Notes: generated from the sequence alone by a model not told the origin. Positions 20,773-32,597 are shown, counted from the stretch's first letter. The stretch is DNA of 64,000 nt from Escherichia coli (GCF_029227855.1 NZ_CP074356.1), one strand, 5' to 3'. A program made the numbers and translations.

Positions 20773-21093
20773 ATGAACGACAGTGAATTTCATCGCCTGG
20801 CTGATCAACTCTGGCTGACCATTGAAGAACGCCTGGACGACTGGGATGGCGACAGCGATATCGACTGCGAAATCAACGGCGGCGTACTGACCATTACCTT
20901 TGAAAACGGCAGCAAAATCATTATTAACCGCCAGGAGCCGCTGCACCAGGTGTGGCTGGCAACCAAACAGGGCGGCTACCATTTTGACCTAAAAGGCGAT
21001 GAATGGATTTGCGATCGCAGCGGCGAAACCTTCTGGGATTTGCTGGAACAGGCGGCGACACAGCAAGCGGGTGAAACAGTCAGTTTCCGCTAA
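20773..21093 (+). CDS. cyaY: frataxin homolog CyaY (iron-sulfur cluster assembly)
   Basis: 106-aa acidic [36 protein letters not shown]...; matches CyaY. Confidence 0.9.
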
Positions 21094-21132
21094 GATTGCA
21101 TGCCGGATAAGCCTCGCTTTCCGGCACGTTCA

Positions 21133-23679
21133 TCACGAAAAATATTGCTGTAATAGCGGCGTATCGTGATCCTGATTGGCAGGCGGCATGTTACCGATAG
21201 ATTTTGTGCGGAACGGAATCACCTGTTCACGACCATCAACCTTCACAATCTGATAGAACTGCGGCAGGTTGAAGTTGATGAAGCTTGAGCCGTAGGTGAA
21301 GCGGTCGTGCGATGACGAGTAGAAGCGACTGACGTCACGCACCAGTTCCTCTTTGCTGCCTTCGCAGTGGTGATACACCTCAACCCGGTTGCTTTCGTCG
21401 AGAATGTAGATATTAAAGCCATTCTCGTCTTGCGTTTCTTCGAAGAAGAACTGGATGATCCCTTCACTAGCAAAGCCGTCCACCACCGCCGGTAATTTGA
21501 CGTGATTGGTTTCAACCTGCACTGACAAGCCGTGCAGTTTGTTATGCGAAATAGCGCCATAAAACTCGATGGCGTTTTCCAGTTTTTGTACCGATACATT
21601 CAGGCGTTCGAAGAACAACCCCCAGGTTTGACCAGAAACGCGCAGCGCCTTGAAACGCCCGGTTTCCTGGCGGGTGCTGGAAAGGCGCAGTTCAATACAC
21701 TCAGAAACCAGTTGCTGCACGCGAGTACGGATTAACCCGCGCAGATGCTGGCTATAACAGAAGACTTCCACGCTATCTGGCGGTGCGGCGTCCTGATGCA
21801 TTTTGCCGAGAATAGTTTTCAGGGCTTCGATCATCGATTGCTCGCCGTTGAAGTGCAGCGTACGCACTTCGTTCCACGAGTTGCGGTACAGCAGGTCAAC
21901 GCTACCTACCAGGCAATTTTGATTCTCGCCAAAGCTGAAGACATCCAGCTTACGGAAATCAAAATGCACCACCTGATTGCGGAACGCCGCTGTCGGGTCA
22001 TATTCCAGGTTAACGATAATCGCCAGATGGCGGATCTCACACGGGCTGTAGAGCGCCTTCGGTGTCGGTGCAGGTAAGCGCAGCGGGAAATGGTGCGACA
22101 CGTCGGCGACCATCTCCTGCAACTTAGGCAAATCGACAATGCCGTTACCTTTAATATACAAACGGGTGCGCGAGGTCAGCAGGCCGTTAAACCATGCCCA
22201 CGCCACCAGTTTATTCAGGTAACGGTTATATTCCAGCGGCTGATGGCTGATGATCGACTCAATATTTGGCGCGCGGTTATACAGATACCAACCTGAACGG
22301 TTAGCACGGCCCGGCGGCACATAAATAAAGGTCAGATTCGGTTCCGAGAGATCGGGTGAAATCTGCGGGTTTACCAGCGTCACTTTACCTGGTAATGCTT
22401 CAAACGCGGCATACAGCTTACGCGTCAGCACGCCGATATCCTGCGGACTGGCGGAGACGCTAAGGTTATTGCGACGCGCAAAGCGGATCAGATTACGGTA
22501 GCTCTGCATCATCGCGTCGAGCAACTCGTTGTGCGCCTCACGCACCTGATCAATCTTCCAGTTAGCGCGGTTATCGAGCATTGCCAGACGAGCTTCGTCC
22601 CAACCCCACTCGCTCACTAACTGGCTCAACACTGCGCGACGCCAGCCTACGCAGGCGCGTTCACGGCTGAGCTTTTCGCACACTTTTAAATAGAAGCAGC
22701 GACGTACTAAATCCAGACGGGTAAAATCTTCAATCGCCGTCAGGTATTCAGTAACACGCTCCAGCATCATGCAGTATGGATCGAGACCAAACGATACAAT
22801 CTCGCCGTCGTGCAAACGCTGTTTGATATCTTTCGCCAGCAGACGTGGGTTCGGGTATTCCCAGGAATAGGCTTCCAGCAGCAGTGTTTTCAGTACCGCT
22901 TTGTATGGGGAATCGATACTCTTGTAGAGCTGCCAAAGGCTGGCACCAAAGTACTCTTCAGCAGAAAGCGAGCTTAAGCCACCGAGATCCAGCCATTCAT
23001 TTGGCGTCAGCACGCCCTGCGCGTAAAGCGTCATCACATAGTCGTCGTAATGCTCTTCTTCGTCGCACGGCACCATATTCCACAGAATACGCTTACCGGC
23101 GAGACGCACGGCGGTACGATAAAATTCGTCAAGCAGCAGTATATGCTGGGTGGAGCCACAATCTTCGCCCCCCAGGCTGCCGCTTTCATTATGACGGAAG
23201 CGGTTTTCATCAATCAGGAAGAAGCTGACTTCCACACCCAGCGAGGCGGCCCAGCTTTCCAGCAGACTACATTTACGTTGTAGTAACTGGCGCTCTTCGC
23301 TATCGAGCCAGGATTGATGACAGACCCAGATATCCAGGTCAGAGGAACAACTTTGCCCTACGGACGAGGTGCTGCCCATGGTGTATACACCAGTAATTGG
23401 AAGCTCACCTTTCGGTGGGTCCTGTACTGACATTCCACGATACAGTTCAAGCTCGTTCAGGTAGTGGCGTTGAGTTTCATCAGGCGTGTAAAGGCAAATG
23501 CCTTTGGGAACGTTACCATCAAGGTAACCCGGCATTAGCGGATGGTGATAGTGCAACAATGTCGGCAGTAGACTGTAGACCTGTTGGAATGCAGGCCCCA
23601 TAGCAGCAAGCGCGCGATCCACACGCAATTGATTTATGGCATCCAGTCTCTGTTTCAGAGTCTCAATATAGAGGTACAA
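21133..23679 (-). CDS. cyaA: class I adenylate cyclase
   Basis: 848-aa [21 protein letters not shown]...; the initiation codon read from the sequence is TTG (complement of 23677..23679). Confidence 0.93.
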   Translation of the reverse strand: MYLYIETLKQRLDAINQLRVDRALAAMGPAFQQVYSLLPTLLHYHHPLMPGYLDGNVPKGICLYTPDETQRHYLNELELYRGMSVQDPPKGELPITGVYTMGSTSSVGQSCSSDLDIWVCHQSWLDSEERQLLQRKCSLLESWAASLGVEVSFFLIDENRFRHNESGSLGGEDCGSTQHILLLDEFYRTAVRLAGKRILWNMVPCDEEEHYDDYVMTLYAQGVLTPNEWLDLGGLSSLSAEEYFGASLWQLYKSIDSPYKAVLKTLLLEAYSWEYPNPRLLAKDIKQRLHDGEIVSFGLDPYCMMLERVTEYLTAIEDFTRLDLVRRCFYLKVCEKLSRERACVGWRRAVLSQLVSEWGWDEARLAMLDNRANWKIDQVREAHNELLDAMMQSYRNLIRFARRNNLSVSASPQDIGVLTRKLYAAFEALPGKVTLVNPQISPDLSEPNLTFIYVPPGRANRSGWYLYNRAPNIESIISHQPLEYNRYLNKLVAWAWFNGLLTSRTRLYIKGNGIVDLPKLQEMVADVSHHFPLRLPAPTPKALYSPCEIRHLAIIVNLEYDPTAAFRNQVVHFDFRKLDVFSFGENQNCLVGSVDLLYRNSWNEVRTLHFNGEQSMIEALKTILGKMHQDAAPPDSVEVFCYSQHLRGLIRTRVQQLVSECIELRLSSTRQETGRFKALRVSGQTWGLFFERLNVSVQKLENAIEFYGAISHNKLHGLSVQVETNHVKLPAVVDGFASEGIIQFFFEETQDENGFNIYILDESNRVEVYHHCEGSKEELVRDVSRFYSSSHDRFTYGSSFINFNLPQFYQIVKVDGREQVIPFRTKSIGNMPPANQDHDTPLLQQYFS

Positions 23680-24065
23680 GACGTATCGCCTGATTTGCTA
23701 CCCGTCATGACTGTGATTCCGCCAACATCAACGGTAACACGCGGCATTCGGGATATTTCGTATGTCAAAGGTAACCGTTACCACTTTTCGCGCCTGGTTT
23801 TTTTAGTTTCACGACGAAAAAATGGTCTAAAACGTGATCAATTTAACACCTTGCTGATTGACCGTAAAGAAAGATGCGCTACATACAAGTGTAGCACCGT
23901 TTATTCTCTGTAAATTCCTTATTACGACGGCGTGAAACGCCTGTCAGGATCCACTGCCAGACCTCATTTTACGGTTTGCGCAGGCGTCTACGTTTCACCA
24001 CAACACTGACATCACTCTGGCAAGGATGTTAGGATGGACCACGGATGATAATGACGGTAACAAGC
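23680..24065. promoter_or_regulatory. cyaA-hemC divergent promoter region
   Basis: 386-bp non-coding interval between divergent starts; individual promoter and CRP sites not resolved by eye. Confidence 0.35.
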
Positions 24066-25007
24066 ATGTTAGACAATGTTTTAAGAATTGCCACACGCCA
24101 AAGCCCACTTGCACTCTGGCAGGCACACTATGTCAAAGACAAGTTGATGGCGAGCCATCCGGGCCTGGTGGTTGAACTGGTACCGATGGTGACGCGCGGC
24201 GATGTGATTCTTGATACGCCGCTGGCGAAAGTAGGCGGAAAAGGCTTATTTGTAAAAGAGCTGGAAGTCGCGCTCCTGGAGAATCGCGCCGATATCGCCG
24301 TACATTCAATGAAAGATGTGCCGGTTGAATTCCCGCAAGGTCTGGGGTTGGTCACTATTTGTGAGCGTGAAGATCCTCGCGATGCCTTTGTGTCCAATAA
24401 TTATGACAGTCTGGATGCGTTACCGGCAGGCAGTATCGTCGGGACGTCCAGTTTACGTCGCCAGTGCCAACTGGCTGAACGCCGCCCGGATCTGATTATC
24501 CGCTCCCTGCGCGGCAACGTCGGCACTCGCCTGAGCAAACTAGATAACGGCGAATACGATGCCATCATTCTTGCCGTAGCCGGACTAAAACGTTTAGGTC
24601 TGGAGTCCCGCATTCGCGCCGCGTTACCACCCGAGATTTCTCTTCCGGCGGTAGGACAAGGTGCAGTCGGTATTGAATGCCGCCTTGATGATACGCGCAC
24701 TCGCGAGCTGCTTGCCGCGCTGAATCACCACGAAACTGCACTGCGCGTTACCGCAGAACGCGCCATGAATACCCGTCTCGAAGGTGGATGTCAGGTGCCA
24801 ATTGGTAGCTACGCCGAGCTTATTGATGGTGAAATCTGGCTGCGTGCGCTGGTCGGCGCGCCGGACGGTTCGCAGATTATTCGCGGTGAACGCCGCGGTG
24901 CGCCGCAAAATGCCGAACAAATGGGGATTTCGCTGGCAGAAGAGCTACTGAATAACGGCGCGCGCGAGATCCTCGCTGAAGTCTATAACGGAGACGCCCC
25001 GGCATGA
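24066..25007 (+). CDS. hemC: porphobilinogen deaminase (hydroxymethylbilane synthase)
   Basis: Start at [20 protein letters not shown] gives 313 aa; first gene of hemCDXY. Confidence 0.92.
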   Translation: MLDNVLRIATRQSPLALWQAHYVKDKLMASHPGLVVELVPMVTRGDVILDTPLAKVGGKGLFVKELEVALLENRADIAVHSMKDVPVEFPQGLGLVTICEREDPRDAFVSNNYDSLDALPAGSIVGTSSLRRQCQLAERRPDLIIRSLRGNVGTRLSKLDNGEYDAIILAVAGLKRLGLESRIRAALPPEISLPAVGQGAVGIECRLDDTRTRELLAALNHHETALRVTAERAMNTRLEGGCQVPIGSYAELIDGEIWLRALVGAPDGSQIIRGERRGAPQNAEQMGISLAEELLNNGAREILAEVYNGDAPA

Positions 25008-25744
25008 GTATCCTTGTCACCCGCCCGTCTCCCGCTGGAGAAGAGTTAGTGAGCCGTCTGCGCACACTGGGGCAGGTGGCCTGGCATTTTCCGCTGATTG
25101 AGTTTTCTCCGGGTCGACAATTACCGCAACTTGCTGATCAACTGGCAGCGCTGGGGGAGAGCGATCTGTTGTTTGCCCTCTCGCAACACGCGGTTGCTTT
25201 TGCCCAATCACAGCTGCATCAGCAAGATCGTAAATGGCCCCAACTACCTACTTATTTCGCCATTGGACGCACCACCGCACTGGCGCTACATACCGTAAGC
25301 GGACAGAAGATTCTCTACCCACAGGATCGGGAAATCAGCGAAGTCTTGCTACAATTACCTGAATTACAAAATATTGCGGGCAAACGTGCGCTGATATTAC
25401 GTGGCAATGGCGGTCGTGAGCTAATTGGGGATACCCTGACGGTGCGCGGTGCTGAGGTCACTTTTTGTGAATGTTATCAACGATGCGCAATCCATTACGA
25501 TGGTGCAGAAGAAGCGATGCGCTGGCAATCCCGCGAGGTGACGATGGTCGTTGTTACCAGCGGTGAAATGTTGCAGCAACTCTGGTCGCTGATCCCACAA
25601 TGGTATCGTGAGCACTGGTTACTACACTGTCGACTATTGGTCGTCAGTGAGCGTTTGGCGAAACTCGCCCGGGAACTGGGCTGGCAAGACATTAAGGTCG
25701 CCGATAACGCTGACAACGATGCGCTTTTACGGGCATTACAATAA
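25004..25744 (+). CDS. hemD: uroporphyrinogen-III synthase
   Basis: 246-aa ORF overlapping the hemC stop by 4 bp. Confidence 0.9.
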   Translation: MSILVTRPSPAGEELVSRLRTLGQVAWHFPLIEFSPGRQLPQLADQLAALGESDLLFALSQHAVAFAQSQLHQQDRKWPQLPTYFAIGRTTALALHTVSGQKILYPQDREISEVLLQLPELQNIAGKRALILRGNGGRELIGDTLTVRGAEVTFCECYQRCAIHYDGAEEAMRWQSREVTMVVVTSGEMLQQLWSLIPQWYREHWLLHCRLLVVSERLAKLARELGWQDIKVADNADNDALLRALQ

Positions 25745-25765
25745 CTCTCATAACAGGAAGCCATA

Positions 25766-26977
25766 ATGACGGAACAAGAAAAAACCTCCGCCGTGGTTGA
25801 AGAGACCAGGGAGGCCGTGGACACCACGTCACAACCTGTCGCAACAGAAAAAAAGAGTAAGAACAATACCGCATTGATTCTCAGCGCGGTGGCTATCGCT
25901 ATTGCTCTGGCGGCGGGCGTCGGTTTGTATGGCTGGGGTAAACAACAGGCCGTCAATCAGACCGCCACCAGCGATGCCCTGGCTAACCAACTGACGGCAT
26001 TGCAAAAAGCCCAGGAGAGCCAAAAAGCCGAGCTGGAAGGCATTATTAAGCAACAAGCTGCACAGCTTAAGCAGGCGAATCGTCAGCAAGAAACGCTGGC
26101 AAAACAGTTGGATGAAGTCCAACAAAAGGTCGCCACCATTTCCGGCAGCGATGCTAAAACCTGGCTGCTGGCTCAGGCCGATTTTCTGGTGAAACTCGCC
26201 GGACGGAAGCTGTGGAGCGATCAGGACGTCACGACCGCTGCAGCGTTGCTGAAAAGTGCAGATGCCAGCCTGGCGGATATGAATGACCCGAGTCTGATTA
26301 CCGTTCGTCGGGCAATTACCGATGATATCGCCAGCCTTTCTGCAGTTTCGCAGGTGGATTATGACGGCATCATCCTTAAGCTTAATCAGCTTTCAAATCA
26401 GGTAGATAACCTGCGTCTGGCCGATAATGACAGCGATGGTTCGCCGATGGATTCCGACGGTGAAGAGCTTTCCAGTTCCATCAGCGAATGGCGTATCAAT
26501 CTGCAAAAAAGCTGGCAGAACTTTATGGACAACTTCATTACGATTCGCCGTCGTGATGACACCGCCGTACCGCTGTTAGCGCCAAATCAGGATATCTATC
26601 TGCGCGAAAATATTCGCTCTCGCCTGCTGGTCGCAGCACAAGCTGTACCGCGTCATCAGGAAGAGACTTATCGCCAGGCGCTGGAGAACGTCTCCACCTG
26701 GGTACGTGCTTACTACGATACTGATGATGCCACCACCAAAGCATTCCTCGACGAGGTGGACCAGTTAAGCCAGCAAAATATCTCGATGGATCTTCCGGAA
26801 ACCCTGCAAAGCCAGGCGATGCTGGAAAAACTGATGCAGACTCGCGTGCGTAACCTGCTGGCACAACCGGCAGCGGGGACAACGGAAGCTAAACCTGCAC
26901 CTGCACCTGCACCTGCACCTGCACCTGCACCTGCACCGCAAGGTGATACTCCGGCAGCCGCGCCGCAAGGAGAATAA
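25766..26977 (+). CDS. hemX: HemX membrane protein with coiled-coil and Pro-Ala repeat
   Basis: 403-aa ORF with an N-terminal TM segment, Q-rich coiled-coil region and a C-terminal (PA)n tract. Confidence 0.88.
   Translation: MTEQEKTSAVVEETREAVDTTSQPVATEKKSKNNTALILSAVAIAIALAAGVGLYGWGKQQAVNQTATSDALANQLTALQKAQESQKAELEGIIKQQAAQLKQANRQQETLAKQLDEVQQKVATISGSDAKTWLLAQADFLVKLAGRKLWSDQDVTTAAALLKSADASLADMNDPSLITVRRAITDDIASLSAVSQVDYDGIILKLNQLSNQVDNLRLADNDSDGSPMDSDGEELSSSISEWRINLQKSWQNFMDNFITIRRRDDTAVPLLAPNQDIYLRENIRSRLLVAAQAVPRHQEETYRQALENVSTWVRAYYDTDDATTKAFLDEVDQLSQQNISMDLPETLQSQAMLEKLMQTRVRNLLAQPAAGTTEAKPAPAPAPAPAPAPAPQGDTPAAAPQGE
26894..26929 (+). repeat. perfect hexanucleotide tandem repeat (CCTGCA)x6 inside hemX
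   Basis: Six exact CCTGCA copies encoding [12 protein letters not shown], followed by a degenerate seventh unit. Confidence 0.9.
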
Positions 26978-26979
26978 CC

Positions 26980-28176
26980 ATGCTAAAAGTGTTATTACTC
27001 TTTGTTTTGCTGATTGCGGGGATAGTGGTTGGCCCGATGATTGCCGGTCATCAGGGTTACGTGCTGATCCAGACTGACAACTACAATATCGAAACCAGCG
27101 TCACGGGCCTGGCGATTATTTTGATTCTGGCGATGGTAGTGCTGTTTGCCATTGAGTGGCTACTGCGGCGGATCTTCCGCACAGGCGCACACACCCGTGG
27201 GTGGTTTGTCGGACGTAAGCGTCGCCGTGCCCGTAAGCAGACCGAACAGGCGCTGCTGAAACTGGCGGAAGGCGATTATCAGCAAGTTGAAAAGCTGATG
27301 GCGAAAAATGCCGATCACGCGGAACAACCGGTGGTGAACTATCTACTGGCTGCCGAAGCCGCGCAACAACGTGGTGATGAAGCACGCGCCAACCAACATC
27401 TGGAACGCGCAGCAGAGCTGGCCGGCAATGACACCATTCCGGTAGAAATCACCCGTGTACGTCTGCAACTGGCCCGTAATGAAAACCATGCTGCACGCCA
27501 CGGCGTGGATAAGCTGCTGGAAGTTACGCCACGCCATCCGGAAGTATTACGTCTGGCGGAACAGGCGTATATCCGCACAGGTGCATGGAGTTCTCTGCTG
27601 GATATCATCCCATCAATGGCGAAAGCCCATGTTGGTGATGAAGAACATCGTGCAATGCTGGAACAACAGGCATGGATTGGCCTGATGGATCAGGCGCGTG
27701 CCGATAACGGTAGTGAAGGTTTGCGTAACTGGTGGAAAAACCAAAGCCGGAAAACGCGTCATCAGGTAGCGTTGCAGGTGGCAATGGCGGAACATCTTAT
27801 TGAATGTGACGATCATGATACTGCCCAGCAAATTATCATCGATGGCCTGAAACGCCAGTACGACGATCGCCTACTGCTGCCGATTCCTCGACTGAAAACC
27901 AACAATCCGGAACAGCTGGAAAAAGTGCTGCGCCAGCAGATCAAAAACGTCGGCGATCGCCCGCTGTTGTGGAGCACACTGGGCCAGTCACTGATGAAGC
28001 ACGGAGAATGGCAGGAAGCATCGCTCGCCTTCCGCGCGGCGCTGAAACAACGTCCGGACGCCTACGATTACGCATGGCTTGCCGACGCGCTGGACAGACT
28101 GCACAAGCCGGAAGAAGCTGCAGCGATGCGTCGCGACGGTTTGATGTTAACGTTGCAGAACAACCCACCACAGTAG
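26980..28176 (+). CDS. hemY: HemY (TPR-containing inner membrane protein)
   Basis: 398-aa ORF with two N-terminal TM segments; last gene of hemCDXY. Confidence 0.9.
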   Translation: MLKVLLLFVLLIAGIVVGPMIAGHQGYVLIQTDNYNIETSVTGLAIILILAMVVLFAIEWLLRRIFRTGAHTRGWFVGRKRRRARKQTEQALLKLAEGDYQQVEKLMAKNADHAEQPVVNYLLAAEAAQQRGDEARANQHLERAAELAGNDTIPVEITRVRLQLARNENHAARHGVDKLLEVTPRHPEVLRLAEQAYIRTGAWSSLLDIIPSMAKAHVGDEEHRAMLEQQAWIGLMDQARADNGSEGLRNWWKNQSRKTRHQVALQVAMAEHLIECDDHDTAQQIIIDGLKRQYDDRLLLPIPRLKTNNPEQLEKVLRQQIKNVGDRPLLWSTLGQSLMKHGEWQEASLAFRAALKQRPDAYDYAWLADALDRLHKPEEAAAMRRDGLMLTLQNNPPQ

Positions 28177-28223
28177 TTCCTTCTCACCCGGAGGCAAGCA
28201 CCTCCGGGACCTTTCTGATGCAT

Positions 28224-28430
28224 AAAAAAACGCCTGCTCTTATTACGGAGCAGGCGTTAAAACAGGTCTGTATGACAACAAGTGGGTGCTTCACTCAACG
28301 TTGTGTCCATGGTGTCTGATGAGGCATAAGCGACATCTGTCAGTGGACGATAAGCACCGTAAACGGCTCTGCGTCATTCCGGAGTTTATGAGGCACTAAG
28401 GCGAACATAAGAGATGGAATGAGCATCTAC
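28224..28430 (-). ncRNA. glmZ: small regulatory RNA GlmZ (glmS activation pathway)
   Basis: Reverse-complement reads GTAGATGCTCATTCCATCTCTTATGTTCGCC...CCTGCTCCGTAATAAGAGCAGGCGTTTTTTT, matching GlmZ as I recall it, including the terminal hairpin and U-tract; about 207 nt. Confidence 0.85.
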
Positions 28431-28855
28431 CCGTTTATTATGCCACAGAGAATCGGGAAATAACATCCCTTAACACTTGTTATGAGATAATTCTGTAATC
28501 CTCTTTGCTTCCTGAGTAATAACTTCCTGAGTGAATATTTAACCTGAGCTTGATCCTACACATACTTATTATGAATGATAAAATTCATTCAATTAATAAC
28601 ACATATATTAATTGCCGTTAAAACTAAAAAAAAGCATCAATAATCAACGCGATATAATAAACCTGCCTTACATATCAACTGCGCCAGAGGTAGGATTGAA
28701 AACGCTCTCCTGATTTTCCAATTCATTTTCTGGATAAATAAATAATTTATTTTTGTCACTATTATTTATGTAATCATCCTGTCAAGGAGAGGGATCTCAA
28801 TTATCAATGCTTAATTACGTCATCATTTTGATGACATGAAACCGGAGCATTTTGC

Positions 28856-29020
28856 ATGGAATTTTCGTTTTCACCCAAACTTTTTGTTGTTGCTGTCGCC
28901 GCCGCTCTTCCTCTCATGGCCAGCGCAGCAGATACCCCGTCAACTGCCACCGCACGCAAAGGCTTTGCCGGATACGATCACCCAAACCAGTATCCACAGA
29001 ACGCTGCAATTTATTGAATT
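28856..29020 (+). pseudogene. 5' remnant (about 54 codons) of a secreted-protein gene, probably arylsulfatase aslA
   Basis: ATG at 28856 encodes [46 protein letters not shown]... (signal peptide with ASA cleavage motif), then runs into REP sequence and stops; synteny predicts a ~550-aa aslA here but only about 670 bp separate glmZ from aslB. Confidence 0.5.
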
Positions 29021-29030
29021 TGCACGATCA

Positions 29031-29069
<39 letters not shown>

Positions 29070-29100
29070 AACCGCAGGCGGCCACAAAATGGCCGCTTTT

Positions 29101-30336
29101 TTACTTATTCACCACCAGCAAATGTGCCTGCATAATGTCACTGGCCGGGCGACCGTGCGCCAGCAAATCAGCCATTGCTTTAAGATATGGCGGTAGATGG
29201 CGGAAATAACGCTGATACCCGGCACACAAATAATTCAGCCCCGGTTTGCCGCTGGCATCGAGCATGAAGCGGTGTTTCGGGCAGCCTCCCCAGCACGCTT
29301 TTAACACGTTACAACTGCGACACTGCGCCGGTAATTGCTTAAATTTATCTTCACCAAACACCTGCTGTTGCGGGGAATCGATCATTTCTGCAATTGTTTG
29401 CTGATGCATATTCCCCAGCCGATATTGCGGATAAACATAGTGATCGCAGGCGTAAACGTCGCCGTTGTGCTCAACAATCACCGAGCGCCCACAGGTTGGC
29501 TGATGATGGCAAACCGCACCCGGCGCACCGACAAAATTGGCAAACGCCCATTCGATATTCATCACGAAAATCTTGCCGACGTCGCGTTTGATCCAGTGGT
29601 CGAATATCGCCACCAGAAATTCACCAAATTCATCGGGGCGCACCGACCATTCCGTCAGTTCCCCCTGAATATCACCAGGCGCATGTAGTTTCAGTCCATC
29701 GCTGGCAGCTGTTTCATCAGCCAGGCGCTCGACCACCGGAATAAACTGGATGAATTCGACTCCCGCATCGCACAAAAAATCATAAACCTGCAACGGTTGC
29801 TGCGCGCTGGTGCGGTTGACGCAGACCAGCACGTTATAGTCGACATGATGTTTTTGCAGCAGCGTCAGGGCACGCATCACCAGCTTATGCGTTGGTCTGC
29901 CACCTTTGGTCACGCGATATTGATTGTGGATCTCAGCCGGACCGTCCAGCGATAACCCAACAAGAAAATGATTTTCTGCCAGAAATGCACACCATTTATC
30001 ATCGAGCAGCACGCCGTTAGTCTGGAAGCTGTTACTTATCTTCCTGCCAGCACCGTATTTCGCCTGTAACTTTACGGCACGGCGGTAAAAATCCAGCCCG
30101 AGTAACGTTGGTTCGCCGCCCTGCCAGGTAAAAGCCACTTCGTTTTGCGGTTCGCTGGCAGCGATATAGTGACGGACATACGCTTCCAGCGTGTCATCGT
30201 CCATATGCGTGACTGGCTTTTCGCGGTAAAGGGATTGTTTTTCGAGATAAAAACAGTAGTCACAGTTCAGATTACAATCGGAACCACTCGGTTTCGCCAT
30301 CACATGAAAAGCACGCGTTGGAACCTGTTGCAGCAT
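29101..30336 (-). CDS. aslB: anaerobic sulfatase-maturating enzyme homolog (radical SAM)
   Basis: Start at MLQQVPTRAFHVMAKPSGSDCNLNCDYCFY gives 411 aa; CxxxCxxC radical-SAM motif and C-terminal Cys clusters. Confidence 0.88.
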   Translation of the reverse strand: MLQQVPTRAFHVMAKPSGSDCNLNCDYCFYLEKQSLYREKPVTHMDDDTLEAYVRHYIAASEPQNEVAFTWQGGEPTLLGLDFYRRAVKLQAKYGAGRKISNSFQTNGVLLDDKWCAFLAENHFLVGLSLDGPAEIHNQYRVTKGGRPTHKLVMRALTLLQKHHVDYNVLVCVNRTSAQQPLQVYDFLCDAGVEFIQFIPVVERLADETAASDGLKLHAPGDIQGELTEWSVRPDEFGEFLVAIFDHWIKRDVGKIFVMNIEWAFANFVGAPGAVCHHQPTCGRSVIVEHNGDVYACDHYVYPQYRLGNMHQQTIAEMIDSPQQQVFGEDKFKQLPAQCRSCNVLKACWGGCPKHRFMLDASGKPGLNYLCAGYQRYFRHLPPYLKAMADLLAHGRPASDIMQAHLLVVNK

Positions 30337-30451
30337 GGTCACTCCTTGCCTGAAGTCATCCTTCAATACGTTAAGGGCGAAATCATACCGTGGGGCAATG
30401 AGTTATTACGGGCGTTTATTGCGAAGGGAGGGTGACGAAATGCACAGAAAA

Positions 30452-30476
30452 CAAAAAACCCCGCCGAAGCGGGGTT
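30452..30476 (-). terminator. intrinsic terminator of the tRNA operon
   Basis: On the - strand: hairpin CCCCGCTTCGGCGGGG followed by TTTTTTGTTTT, immediately 3' of tRNA-Pro. Confidence 0.7.
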
Positions 30477-30482
30477 CAAAAT

Positions 30483-30559
30483 TGGTCGGCGAGAGAGGAT
30501 TCGAACCTCCGACCCACTGGTCCCAAACCAGTTGCGCTACCAAGCTGCGCTACTCGCCG
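30483..30559 (-). tRNA. proM: tRNA-Pro (anticodon UGG)
   Basis: Reverse-complement CGGCGAGTAGCGCAGCTTGGTAGCGCAACTGGTTTGGGACCAGTGGGTCGGAGGTTCGAATCCTCTCTCGCCGACCA, with encoded CCA. Confidence 0.95.
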
Positions 30560-30600
30560 AAATACTGCTTTTTGAATTTTTAGTTCAATTCTTTAAAGTC

Positions 30601-30687
30601 GTGGTGCGAGGGGGGGGACTTGAACCCCCACGTCCGTAAGGACACTAACACCTGAAGCTAGCGCGTCTACCAATTCCGCCACCTTCG
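30601..30687 (-). tRNA. leuT: tRNA-Leu (anticodon CAG)
   Basis: Reverse-complement GCGAAGGTGGCGGAATTGGTAGACGCGCTAGCTTCAGGTGTTAGTGTCCTTACGGACGTGGGGGTTCAAGTCCCCCCCCTCGCACCA (87 nt, long variable arm). Confidence 0.95.
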
Positions 30688-30717
30688 CATTGTCACAACT
30701 TCTAATAATGGGGTGGC

Positions 30718-30794
30718 TAATGGGATTCGAACCCACGACAACTGGAATCACAATCCAGGGCTCTACCAACTGAGCTATAGCCACCACTACAAAT
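30718..30794 (-). tRNA. hisR: tRNA-His (anticodon GUG)
   Basis: Reverse-complement GGTGGCTATAGCTCAGTTGGTAGAGCCCTGGATTGTGATTCCAGTTGTCGTGGGTTCGAATCCCATTAGCCACCCCA, including the extra 5' G typical of tRNA-His. Confidence 0.95.
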
Positions 30795-30842
30795 CTTGTT
30801 ACGCGGTATTACTACCACCGCAGCTCAAGCGCCGGGACTAAA

Positions 30843-30919
<77 letters not shown>

Positions 30920-31021
30920 TTAGCGCCGTTGCGGGGGTGGATAATACGGACTTCCCACCCCTCTGTCTAGTCCCTTTTTAAATAAATTGCGCGTTTGGTT
31001 ACGGTTTGTGCGTTTTGCTGC

Positions 31022-32407
31022 TTATTCCTCCAGTTTATGCGCTTTCCCGTGGCGATTAAGGCCAAAAACTTTATAAATCGCCGTCACCGCCAGCATAAAG
31101 ATGATGCCAACAAACAGCGACATACGCGTATCTTCATTAAAGTACATGCCGATCAAAACGCAAATCAGGAATGCCATTGTTACGTAGTTGGCCCACGGGA
31201 ACAGGATTGAGCGGAACGGATGGCTGGCAATCGCCGCTTTATGTGCACGCCGAAAACGCAGCTGGCTTATCAATATCACAAACCATGGCACCATCCCCGG
31301 AAGCACGCTGGCACTGTAGACGTAGACAAACACACGCTGCGGATTGGGAATGATGTAGTTCAGGCATGAGCCAATTAGCAGAATAGCAATAGATACTGCC
31401 ACACCCGCAACTGGTACGCCGTGACGGGAAACTTTCGCCATCGCCGCCGGTAACTGACGGTTTTTCGCCAGTGCGTAGAGCATACGTCCGCAACTGTACA
31501 TGCCGCTGTTACAGCCAGAGAGCGCAGCCGTCAGCACCACAAAGTTGATAATGCCCGCCGCTGCGGTAATACCGATTTTGGCAAAAGTCAGTACGAACGG
31601 GCTGCCGTTGCTGCCAATTTCATTCCACGGGAAGATGGTGACGATAACGAAAATCGCGCCTACGTAGAAAATCAGGATCCGCCACAGCACTTTGCCTACG
31701 GCACTGCGCAGCGTCACCTGCGGATTCTTCGCTTCACCGGCAGTAATGCCAATCAGCTCCACGCCCTGGTAGGACGCCACCACAATACACAGCGCGGTCA
31801 GGAACCCTTTCCAGCCACCCGCAAAGAAACCGCCATGCTCTGTGAGATTGCTAAAACCAATCGACTGCCCGCCATTGCCAAAGCCAAAGAAAATCACGCC
31901 CAGGCCAATGACAATCATCACGATAATCGTGGTGACTTTGATCATCGCGAACCAGAACTCGATTTCGCCGTACAACCGCACCGCCGCCAGATTCGCCAAC
32001 GCCACCAGCGCCACTGCGATCAATGCGGGTATCCACTGCGCCATCTCCGGGAACCAGAACTGGACATAAACGCCAATGGCGGTGATTTCTGAGATCCCCA
32101 CGGCCATCCACATAAACCAGTAAGACCAGGCGGTGAGATAACCAAAGAACGGGCTCATATAACGATGCGCATAAACGGCGAACGAACCGGTAACCGGTTC
32201 GAGGAACAACATTTCGCCCATTGAACGCATGATGAAAAAGACGAATAGCCCGGCGATGATATAGGCCAACAATACGGATGGCCCGGCCCATTTCAAGGTA
32301 CTGGCGGCCCCCATAAACAGGCCGACGCCAATGGTGCCCCCCAGGGCGATGAGTTCGATATGTCGAGCTTCCAGCCCACGCTGTAGCTCTGGTTTGTTAT
32401 CTGCCAT
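31022..32407 (-). CDS. yifK: APC-family amino acid permease YifK
   Basis: 461-aa 12-TM ORF ([33 protein letters not shown]...); synteny next to the argX tRNA operon. Confidence 0.9.
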
Positions 32408-32541
32408 AAATCCTCGTGTTGTGTTTGCATGCTTTCCGGTGTTACCGGTTATCGTTATGGGTACATCGAGTGTTGCGAATGTTTTCGTAATTCAGGAGAA
32501 ATGGCAAATAAAGCATTAAAAATTTGAATGCTTTGTGTAAT

Positions 32542-32579
32542 AAAAAAGCAGACAGGCGACGGAGTGACCACTCCGTCGC
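32542..32579 (-). terminator. probable terminator at the end of the wec (ECA) operon
   Basis: Hairpin gcgacggag/ctccgtcgc; on the - strand followed after a short spacer by a T-run; just downstream of the wecG stop. Confidence 0.45.
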
Positions 32580-32597
32580 TTTACAAAGAGAGGAAAA

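Noticed and set aside
20497-20982. 161-aa minus-strand ORF in the yifL-cyaY intergenic region
   Set aside because: Overlaps the well-supported cyaY frame and has no ribosome-binding site or recognisable domain; the 460-bp intergenic region itself shows no clear terminator or RNA signature that I could read.
26880-26945. Possible CRISPR-like short repeat
   Set aside because: It is a contiguous 6-bp microsatellite inside hemX with no spacers; not a CRISPR array. No repeat-spacer array was seen anywhere in the window.
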